From Callorhinchus milii (taxonomy: Eukaryota), in the NCBI RefSeq assembly GCF_018977255.1, contig NW_024704743.1, forward strand, positions 186,001 to 250,000: 64,000 bases of DNA, read 5' to 3'. Shown in pieces: positions 35,321-45,734 of the stretch. Below the pieces are notes generated by a model. That model saw nothing but the letters and a program-made list of their open reading frames with translations, did no database searches and was not told where the DNA came from. A program made the translations under genes and the position numbers. Numbering within the stretch: position 1 is the first letter of the stretch; every line of letters starts with the position of its first letter.

Positions 35321-37254
35321 AGGTAGGGATCTCACTCGCTTTGTCATCTCACTCACTCACAAGATGTTGCCGTGCCTCGTGTTCCTGATCAGCCTGGGTG
35401 AGTCACCACCGTCCCTTCGCCTCTTCTCCTCTCTTTCCTCCTTCAAAGCCCATCTTCAAGACCTTCCGCTTCGACTGCGACTTTGGTCACCCTCCTACCC
35501 CTGAACCTCCCCGTCCTCCACCCCTCCTGATCCCAACCTCCAGCTCAGGTCCAAACCCCTGACTGTCCAGCGCCCTCGGATGACCTCCCGATGTGAAAGG
35601 CGCTGTGTAAATATAATGTGTTGTTGTTTTCCTTGCTGTAACGCATTTCATGCCTGGAGGATGTCTGGCCTCCTCCTCTGCTCCACCATCAGCAGCCGTG
35701 TTTTCAGCCACTACGCTCCAAGGCTCTGGAACTCCCTTCCTCACTCCCTTCACCTCATCTCCTCTTCGACCTTTCTTCTTTCGCTCCTCAGCCCAACAAT
35801 TCCCTGTTGGTGTTTATACTCCACACAAGCCCCCACCCATTTGCTGCCCCCCTCCTATTCTAACGCAGGTTCGATTCCCAGGCAGGGAAAAACCTTAAGC
35901 AAATTTCCTAGTTGAGTTCTAGCTTGTGTGGAATATAAACACCGCAGGGATTGGTTAGGCTGAGGGGCTTGTTTCCTTGTAAACATAGTCACTATCCTTT
36001 AGGGTACAAATCCTGCAAAGCTCCACAAAGCATCCTCCAGGCGTGAAATGCGCTGCATCAACAATAACAACATTTCTTAAATACAGCTCATCAACGATAG
36101 GAGATCCCCGAAAAAATATGCCCATGACACTCCCGCTTGCAAGACCTTTCCGATGAAGTATAAATCTTGTCTCTACATCAATTGGTTATTGCGTTATTGG
36201 CGGAAACACAGACAAACACACACACACACAGATGCTTCATCTTTATTAGTAATAGACTCTGGATTAAACTACTCTGCCCTGAGTGAAGGTCGCTTTGTAA
36301 ATGCAAGTTGTTGTTGATCAATTAGGAGCGGTGTGGGGGCTGCCTTTCCCACAACTGTACCCCTACGGCAGTCACCACTCGACGGGCCGTGTTGTTGGAG
36401 GGCAGGAAGCAGTTCCACACAACTGGAAATGGCAGGTAAGAGAGATTCCACATGTGTTAGTTTGAACGTTAACCTTAAGAGTTTGATTTGTTCCAAAGCT
36501 GAGCCTCGTAGCGGTTGGCACACTCGACTCGCAAGGGGGAGGACTCGGGCGAGGCGACATCTTAAGCAACCTCTGTTTACCCAGCAGTGAGTAGGAACCC
36601 GGTTATCAGTCGACTGGTGGATCGTTTTTCCGGGGGGTAACAATCTCTTCCCCAGAAAAAAAAAAATTGGTCATTCAATCCACGACTTGTGGGACACTGC
36701 TGTGCGCAATTGGCTGCCACATTTCGTCCGCAGAACACACAGTCACTGCACTTTACAGTATATTCCGTGAAGCGCTTTGAGACATCTCAAAGACGTGATA
36801 AGGTGCTATATCAAATGGGAGGATTATCATTATTAATATTATTATTATTATGATTATTATTATCTGAAGGACGGATAGATTTTTGTTGAACCCAATTGTC
36901 CTGTACGGTCCTTGTTTCCGAACAGGTATCTCTGCAATCCGCATACAAGACCTCACCTGATTACTACGGCCACTTTTGTGGGGGAACCATTTACAGACGT
37001 AAATGGATCATGACCGCTGCTCATTGCTTCAGCTCGTAAGTCAATCTCAAGTAATCTATTGTAATGGAACGACAATGTCTGTCTGCTCTTCGAGAAGGAT
37101 CTCAATAACCGATCGACGCAGAGGCATGATTTGTACCTCATTGGAAAGGTCTTGCTCTGGGATTGACAAGGGCATATTTGTTTTTCATATCTCCTACAAG
37201 TAAACTATGTATTAACGCATTAAATAACTCATAAATAACTCATACCCATTTAGA

Positions 37255-37720
37255 CGAGGGAAGGCAGAGAGGTGGGAGGGAGACCAAAGGCAAGATCTAA
37301 GAGAAGAGTCTTGAGACCGGCCTTGAAGGAGGCAAGGGAGGCGAAGGGACCGTGGGATGGAGTTCCAGGGTGTGGGGGCAGAGAGGCTGAAAGCCCGGCC
37401 ATCGATGGTAGGGCGGGTCGGGCAGGAGACATGGAGCAGGCCGGAGCACGATGAACGGAGGGAGCGGGCAGGTTGGTAGGGAGTCAGCAGGTCAGAGAGG
37501 TAGGAGGTGGCAAGGCCATGGATGGCCTTAAAGGTGAGGACAAGGATCTTGAACTCGGCCCTCTGGGGGATGGGGAGCCAGTGGAGTCGGGCGAGGGTGG
37601 GAGTGATGGGGTCACGGAGCCCGGTGCGTGAGAGTACACGAGCTGCAGAGTTTGGATGATCTGCAGCTTGTGAAGGGAAGAGTTGGGAAGGCCGATAAGG
37701 AGGGAGTTTCCATAATTGTA
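37255..37720 (-). mobile_element. L2 LINE 3' fragment (one of dozens in the window)
   Basis: [68 protein letters not shown], typical of the L2 ORF2 C-terminus. Confidence 0.9.
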
Positions 37721-37957
37721 ATCGGGAAACGCGGTACAAACTCACCCCCCCACCCCCCCCCCCCCCCCACCCGCCCTGCTACTAACTTGGACGCCTCGGG
37801 ATTCTCGTGCTGTTTGCTCGACGCTGCTCCTGTGGGCCGAGTGGGCTCTGGTCGCAAAATCCACAGGGCAGGGAGTGTTGGGATCGCGGAAGCAGATCTG
37901 GCCTAATCTTGGCCTAATCTGAGCTCCCGCTGCCCATTCTTGGTAAGTGCTGCAAAC

Positions 37958-38292
37958 CTGCCACCACGGAAGGACTGGCCCTTAGGTGAGAAAGTGGACT
38001 TCGATCAAAAACAGTGAGTGGAAAAGATCACGAGACAGTTGGCTGTGAGCTGTGGCGTTGGCAGAGCTCCAGTTGGGCGCAATCTCAAAAGGAAAGCTGA
38101 ATCCGTGACAGCTTTTGAAGAAAATCAATGGCCTGATATAAAGCGTACGTGTTTGAGCTCTCAGTATGAGGACATTCATCAACTGGGACATTGGGAGCGG
38201 TTCCAGCCTGACCCTGGTCTCAACGCGCCTGCGCCTGGCCCGATGATACAGGAGAAAGCATTCCGTTTCGCAGCATCACTTGGCATCACAGA
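37958..38292 (+). mobile_element. Decayed pogo/Tigger-family transposase fragment (CENP-B-type HTH region)
   Basis: PPRKD.PLGEKVD...RQLAVSCGVGRAPVGRNLKRKAE...GPMIQEKAFRFAASLGIT, with an in-frame stop; truncated by a SINE. Confidence 0.75.
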
Positions 38293-39266
38293 GGCGTGCG
38301 GAGTGAGGAAACTTGCCTAAGGTTTCACCCTGCCTGGGAGTCAAACCAAGGCCCTCTCGCTTGCGAGGCGAAAGCTCTAACCACTGAGCTACAGGACTCC
38401 ACGTTAAACATAAGCGTGATTTAATTCCTCTTCTCTCCTGTGCAGACCCGAGGATTATCTGTACCGCGTGGCCTTAGGAGAGCACGATATTGATGAGGTG
38501 GAGGGAACGGAATATTACCTGGACGTAGATGCGATCTTCATCCACGAAAACTGGGATCCAAATTACATCACAAAAGGGTACGTTCACATCGCAAGATGGG
38601 TTTGGAGATTGTTGCTGTTGCTACTGTTGTTGTTTCACACGTAGAAGCTAACTTAGTAATGATAATAACCCTCGCATTTGATATAGCGCCTTATCACGTC
38701 TTCAAGACCCCCCAAAGAGCTTCACAGAATGTACTTGTGAAGTGAACCAAGGGTTATGAGTAATAATATCCTGTGGGGGATTGGTTAGACAGAGGACCTG
38801 GTTTCGATTCCATTTAAAAAAGTATGTGGCCACGACTGCTTGTGGACAATCGGCCGCCGGGTTTCACTGCCTGAAAGGGTGGTGGAAGCAGATTCGATAG
38901 TAGCTTTCAAAAGGGAATTGAGACGTCTCGAAGACGTGATAATAATAATAATAATAATAATAATAATAGTAAGGCGCTATATCAAATGCAAGGGTTCGTA
39001 TTATTCCCGCAGCTCAGTGGGACACTGCAGCTCTGCACTGTGGGGAGAGAGTGCTCCATTGGCAGACGTGTCCTCTGTTCCGCAGAGGAGAAAGCTACTT
39101 AAAAAAGGAAAAAAACGTGCAGGGCTAAAGGGAAAGAGCGGGGGAGTGGAACTAATTGAGCAGCTCTTTCTAAGTGCTGGCACAGGCACGATGGGCCGAA
39201 TGGTCTCCTCCCTGTGCTGTAAGATTCTACGTTTCCATGAAATGCCACGACTGTGTGTGGTAAAGT

Positions 39267-39795
39267 CATAAGAACATAAGAATTTGCTGGCGAAAGAAGA
39301 CCAAGGACCATCCTGTTCGCCTTCCACCATCCTGGCAGTCGCTTGACATGTCGTGTCCCAAACTATGTGCAGTGTCTCCAGATATCATTTTCCCGCAGAA
39401 TTCTGACTCATTTGTTCTTGAAGCAAATGGCATTTTCTACTTCCGCGGTCTGACTCCCTGCGGAGCCTGAACCATGAATTCACTACTCGCTCAACGAAGC
39501 AGTGTTTCCGCAGATTTGATCTGAATTTACTACTCGATCCCAGGCAGAGTCCTCTGTGTGCGTATGTGTGTGTGTGTGTGTGTGTGTATGTGTTTGTATT
39601 TGTGTGTGTGTGTGTGCGAACGTGTCTGGATTTATATCTCTGGCTCTATTGTTCAGCACAAGATAAAACAGCTTATCGTGGTCGACATTATCTACTCCCT
39701 TCAGAATCTTAAAGACTGTAATCATATCGTCCCTCAGCCGTCTCTCCTCCAGCTTGAACTTTATCTAATCGTTCCTCATAGTCCAAGTGGTGCAG
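39267..39795 (-). mobile_element. 5'-truncated CR1 LINE occupying the start of elastase copy 2 exon 5
   Basis: Minus strand reads LHHLDYEERL...LEERRLRDDMITVFKILKGVDNVD (CR1 ORF2 C-terminus) with a TTCTTATG tail repeat at 39267-39282. The same family occurs at about 19530-19900. Confidence 0.85.
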
Positions 39796-41092
39796 TAAAA
39801 CTAACGTATACGATAACTCCTACATCGAAATTGCAGTAGAACCGGGAAACGGGGAAATCCTTGCTCATGGCTATTCCTGCTACATCACGGGATGGGGGTC
39901 CACTGGTGTGTAAGAATCCTTCCATTGCACATGTGGAGTCCTGTAGCTCAGTAGTGCTTCGCAAGCGAGAAGACCCGGGTTCGATTCCCGGGCAGGGCGA
40001 AACGTGGGGCAAATTTCCTTACTCCACACGTAGACCTAATAGAAAGTAGGAGCCCAGTTGTTGGTCAATCAGTGGATTGCTTTTCCGGGGGTAATAATCC
40101 CTTCAAAAAATAATAATAATTTGGTCACTCAATCCGTGACTGTTTGTGGGACGCTGCTGTACGCAATTTCACCCACAAAATATACAGTCAATTCCCTTTA
40201 CAGTATATTCTGTGCAGCGCTGTGAGACATCTCGAAGACGTGATCAGGCTAACGCAAGGCTATCAAGTGCAAGGATTATTATTATTCCCACATCTCAGTG
40301 CAATACACCAGCACAGCGCTGGGGGGAGAGAGCGCAGCAATGTCAGATATGTCCTCTGTTGCACCATTAATGGCTGCCCTTTCAACCACGAGGCCCGAAA
40401 GCGTGTGGAGTAAGGAAAGTTGCCTAAGGTTTTGCCCTGGTCCTCCGCCTTGCCCCCTCCCTCCCCACCTTCAAACCATGCCTGAGGACCTTCCCTTATG
40501 GTCAACCTCCCTCTCCCCCTGGCTCGGTGTCAGACTCCGCCGCTGTCAACCGCGTGAAGTGCGCTATATGAATACAAGTTGTTTTCGTTGAGTGCTCGAA
40601 CCACTAAACTACTCCTGTATGTGGTGGATGGTGACTGAGATTCCCACCTGTACGTGTGTTGTGTTGTGTTGTGTTGTGTCGTTTTGTGGGAGAACATGAT
40701 GGCCAATTTGCACGGGAAGCTCTCTCACTAACTGACGGTGACTATTTGCCTTTCAGGTAATAGTTCACCCTCTAAGTTACAGCAAGCCCTACTCCCTGTG
40801 GTCGACTACGCTACTTGTTCCCAATCCAACTGGTGGAGCACTGCTGTGAACGAACAGATGATCTGCGCTGGAGGAGATGGCTATACAGCCGGCTGTTTTG
40901 TAACTATAATAATATTAATAATAATAATGATGATCAGTCCGTCACATTTGATATTTTCATGTTGGGAGGATGTCCCAAAGCGCCTCACGGGATATACCGT
41001 AAAAAAACGTAGTGACTGTGCTGTTTTGTGGGAGAACATGACAGCCAGTTTGCACACAAGATCCCATAGCTTGCCAATGATATCTGCATCTG

Positions 41093-41284
41093 GCAAGCTT
41101 TCCCACCGCTTGCCCAGCTAGGACCACACCCTACCCGTTAGTTAGTTAGTTAGTTAGTTAGTTAGGGCTTTGGCTGCACGGTTAACAGGAGCTGAGTGGG
41201 CTGGTTCCCTGACCCCAGTGACTGGTCGGCCCTTCCAGGTCCTGCCGATGGACGAGCCAGGCCGGGCTGTGCGGCCATCAGCAG
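41093..41284 (-). repeat. Unclassified interspersed repeat; second copy at 46818-46971 in the opposite orientation
   Basis: CAAGCTTTCCC...TTAGGGCTTTGGCTGC...AGGAGCTGAGTG is the reverse complement of the 46818-46971 sequence. Confidence 0.7.
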
Positions 41285-43134
41285 TGAGTGCTCTGGGATA
41301 CTGAAGGCCCTCCTGGTTCAGGAACAGGACTGGAAACCGTCACGGGGGCTAAAATCTGACATTGCTTTACCAAACGTGTCATTTTGGGTCCAGTTCAGCC
41401 TCCAATGTGACCCCAATCCCCTATTATTGTATCATATTGTCATCCATGATCCACAGGCTTCCATTTCAAGATCCTCTCACTTGTTTCCAAATCCCATTCT
41501 GCCGTGGCACCTCCCGCCCTCTCCGACCTGCTTACCCCCCACTCCACCACCCGCTGCCTCCACTCAGCTGGTGCCAGCCTTCTCTTTGCCCCTTGCCTCC
41601 TCCGTCCCACCATCGGTGGCCATGCCTTCAGCCACTACGCCCCGAAACTCTGGAACTCTTCCCCTCAATCCCCCCCGCTTTGGCCCCTTCTTCCCACCAA
41701 AAGACGTTGCTTTTTTGGATCGTGGCTACCGTCACCTCCCTCCTCCCTCTCCCCCCCCCTGGCTCGGGGTCAGACTCCGCCACCGTCAAGCATTCCAAGA
41801 CCCTACCACGCATGAACGGCAAATTGTTGTTGTTCAAATAGATTATGCGTGAACCTCATTGTACTTGTTCCAGGGGGATTCTGGTGGGCCTCTTAACTGC
41901 TTGTCCTATGACGGATATTGGACTGTCTATGGTATTGTGAGCTTCGGCCCAGGAACTTGCAACCAGTTTCAGAAACCAACTGTTTTCACACGGGTTTCCG
42001 CCTACCAGGACTGGATGGAAAAGGTAAGCTCCAGCTCCGAATCATTTATAGAATCATAGAATCTTAATAAATAATAGTAAACCTTGCGTGTGATGTTAGA
42101 CGTCTCAAGCGCTTCACAGGACGTACTGTCAAGTGGATCGGCTATGTCTTTTGTGGGCGAAACGCGGTAGCCAATCGCGCACAGCAGCGCCCCACAAAAA
42201 GTCGTAGATTGAGCGACCAAATCCTTCTTATTATTTTGGAAGGGATTATTACCCCCAGAAAGCGATCCACCAATCGACTAACAACCAGATTCCTACTTAC
42301 CGCTAGGGAAACAGAGACGTGTGGAGTAAGGAAACTTGCTCAAGGTTTCGCTCGGCCTTCGTAAGAACTTTCCTCTGATAGCCTCTCTCTCTCTCTCTCT
42401 GTCTTTTCAGGTGATACAAGCGAATGGTGGGGATTAGGACATATCAGTACAACAAGAAGAAGAACAAGTTGCATTTATATAGCGCCTTTCACTTCAGGAG
42501 GTACCAGACGGGAGGTGATGTGCAATGGATAAAAGTAGACAATAAACTACAGCACAATAAACCTCTCTCAGTCTCTGTGCTTTGTATGAAACAACAACAA
42601 CAACTTTACACAGCGCCCTTCACACAGGGCAGCGTCCCAGAGCGCTTAACAATGGCGGAGCATGGGGAGAGGGAGGAGGTGACAGTAAGCACGATCGAAG
42701 AGGAAGGTCTTCAGTCGTAATCTACAAGAGGGGAAGGAGGGGGCGCGGTGGAGGGATTGAGGGAGAGTGTTCCAGAGTTTCGGGGCATTGTGGCTGAAGG
42801 CACGGCCACCGATGGCGGAGCGGAGGGGATGAGGCACCAGCTGGCCGAGCGGAGGGGGCGGGTGGTGGGTTGTGGAGTGAGCAGGTCGGAGGTGCCAGGG
42901 CATGAAGGGATTTGTAGACGGGTGAGAGGATCTTGAAGTCAATCCATTTGGATGATAAGGAGCCAGTGGAACCTGGCGAAGACTGGTGTGATAGGAGTAC
43001 GAAGTTTAGAGCGGGTGAATATACAGGCGGCAACAACAACAACACTCGCGTTTATATAGTACTCTTCAAGTGGTTGCACTGCTGTCCTGACAAAATGGCC
43101 GTCAGACATGACAGATGAAACACACGAACCTTTA

Positions 43135-43705
43135 TAAAACACTGGGTAGGCCTCAGCTCGAGACTGTGCTCAGTTCCGGGCCCCACACTTTAGGAAGGAT
43201 GTCAAGGTATTGGAGAGAGTGCAAAGGAGGTTTACCGGGATAGTACCAGGAATGAGGGACTTCAGTTATGAGGAGAGGCGAGAGAAGCCGGGATTATTCT
43301 CCTTGGAGCAGAGAAGGTTAAGAGGAGACGTAATAAAAGTTTTCAAAATTATGAGGGGATTCGATAGGGTGAACAAGGAGAAACTATTCCCACTGGTGGG
43401 CGGGTTGGTAACCCGAGGGCACCGATTTAAAACAGTTGTTTAAAGAACCAGAGGGGGGGTGAGGAGAAATGTTCTCACGCAGCGAGTTGTTTGGATCTGG
43501 AATGCATTGCCTGAAAGGCCGGTGGAAGCCGATTCCATAACAACTTTTAAGAGAGAAGCAGATTATTCCCATTATTTGGGAAGGACAAGTTTGCAGGACG
43601 TTGGGGAGAGAGCGGAGGGAGTGGGATTGATTTAAGTAGGGCCGGCACAGATATGATGGGCCAAATGGCCTCCTTCTGTGCTGTATAATTCGACGATTCT
43701 ATGAA
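43135..43705 (+). mobile_element. CR1 LINE 3' fragment
   Basis: ORF 43210-43443 [61 protein letters not shown] tail. Confidence 0.9.
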
Positions 43706-44444
43706 GCCCTGGATGAAAGCTAACTCTCCACAGTTGAGCGTCAACAAGACCGAGGCTCTCCGTCAGGGCCTCCACACCTCAGGCGCTGACACTATCACCC
43801 ATCCATTGATGCCTACTTCACCTTAGGCTCGACTACGCCAACTCCCTGCTTGTCGGCCTCCCCAACTCTTCCCCCCACGAGCTGCAGATCATCCGGAATT
43901 CTTCTCCTGCACCAGATCCATGACCCCATCAGCCCACCCTCGTCTGGCTCCGCTGGCGCTCCATCCCCCTGAGGAGCAAGTTCAAAATCTCCGTCCTCGC
44001 CTTCAAGGCCCTCCAAGGCCTTGCTCCTCCCTACCTCCGTGAACTGCTTAAACCCTATCAAACTCTCTGCTCCCTCTGCTCATTAGGCTCAGGCCTGCCC
44101 ACCCCTCACCCTCTGGAACTCCATCCCACAGTCCCTTCACCTCACCCATTACCTCACCTCCTTCAGTATCCATCTGAAGACCTTCCTCTTTGACCGCGCC
44201 TCTGGATCAAACGGAAGGATTAGTATTACGCCTTGAGCCAGGAACTTGAGACAAGGATTTATTGTTCATTCTAAACATTATTGATTGTTTCTGGCGTCCC
44301 GAATGCAAATTGAGAACCCGTGTCCCTGGGAGCTCTTGATATCTCTACACGTGTGAAGAAAGGCAAGTGTTTATCTGACCACAACTTGATGCAAACAGCG
44401 TGCAGCTTATAAGAGGCCACACATATCAAACTCAACGTCTCAAC

Positions 44445-45703
44445 ATGAAGTCCTTGTGCCTTGTGTTGCTTCTCAGCCTCGGTAAGTAACGTCCCGCAGC
44501 TCAGTGGTTAGAGCACTCGTCTCGCAAGCCAGAGGACATGGGTTCGATTCCCGGGCAGGGCGAAACGTTGGTCAAGTTTCCATACTCCACGCACCTCTGT
44601 TTACCCAAGTAAGTCCAAACTCTCTGGGACACTACCCTGCGTGAGGGGCACTATCTAAATGCCAGTTGTTATTCTTGTTGTAAGTAGGAACCCGGTTTGT
44701 TAGTCGATTGGTGGATCGCTTTTCCGTTGGCAATAATCACTTGAGAAAACAAACAAATAAATAAATAAATAAATAGTAATAACAAATTGGAAGCTGCACT
44801 TTGCATTGGATTCACTCCAACACAAATTAGATAGATTTATTTTAGAAAATAGTATTTTGGGAGTATGTGTCAAGACATGTCAAGTGTAAGCGTAGTGGGT
44901 TTGGAAGAACCAGGCAACCGTGTATCTAAGGTTCCCAAAGCTTTCCACTCTCGTTGTAGAGTAATCCAATTAATTGTCGCACAATTATTTATTGTAGCAC
45001 GTGACTACCAGGACGATGGAAGGCAAACCAGATAGGGCCTTGGTCTTTTTTCGTCCAGCAATTCCTACGTATGTTCCAGTTGGACACGGTGACCAATAAT
45101 CCGCAAACAGCTGTGAAGTGAATGAGCGGTTTTATCTGAGGGACTGTTGGCCTGACATAGTTAAAAGGGAAATTTCTACTAACCTGTTTCTCCTCTTATT
45201 CCCGATCGACGATGTAAGGAGTCCTGTAGTGTAGTGGTTGGAGCCCTCGCCTCGCAAGCCAGCAGACCTGGGTTCGATTCCTGGGCAGTGTGAAACCTTG
45301 GGCAAGGTTTCCTCACTCTGTTTGCCCAGCAGTAAGCAGGAACCCGCTTGTTGATCGATTGGCGGATCGCTTTTCTGGGGGTTAATAATATCCCTTTCAA
45401 ATGAAATCAATCAATAAGTAATAATAGTAAATTGGTCGCTCAATCCATGGGTGTTTGTGGGACGCTGCTGTGCGCAATTGCCTTACGCATTTCGCCCGCA
45501 AAGTACACAGTCGATCCACTCTGCAGTGAAGCCGCTTTGAGACGTCTCGACGATGTGATAAGGCGCTGTATCAAATGCAAGGATTATTATTATTACTACT
45601 TACGAAATAGGAACGGTGTCTGGGCTTCCGACCCCTCTCAGCCACAACGAACGTGTCGTCGGAGGAGAGGAAGCAACACCACACCGATGGAAATGGCAGG
45701 TAG

Positions 45704-45734
<31 letters not shown>

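Larger units (their letters stand above)
35364..42437 (+). pseudogene. Chymotrypsin-like elastase copy 2; exon 5 disrupted by CR1 and catalytic Asp102 segment missing (pseudogene or pseudo-protease)
   Basis: Exons 35364-35397 (MLPCLVFLISL), 36326-36435 ([16 protein letters not shown]), 36926-37035 (TAAHC), 38446-38577, 39796-39905 (KTNVYDNSYIEIA...CYITGWG, no xDIALLKL), 40757-40899, 41874-42023 (GDSGGP), 42411-42437 (VIQANGGD-stop). TATATAAG at 35311; AATAAA at 42541. Confidence 0.75.

Noticed and set aside
38677..38692. TTTGATATAGCGCC (FDIAP) as the missing Asp102 segment
   Set aside because: It is the standard reverse-oriented SINE tail seen many times in the window.
41355..41372. TCTGACATTGCTTTACCA (SDIALP) as the missing Asp102 mini-exon of copy 2
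   Set aside because: It lies downstream of exon 6 (wrong order) with no suitable splice sites.
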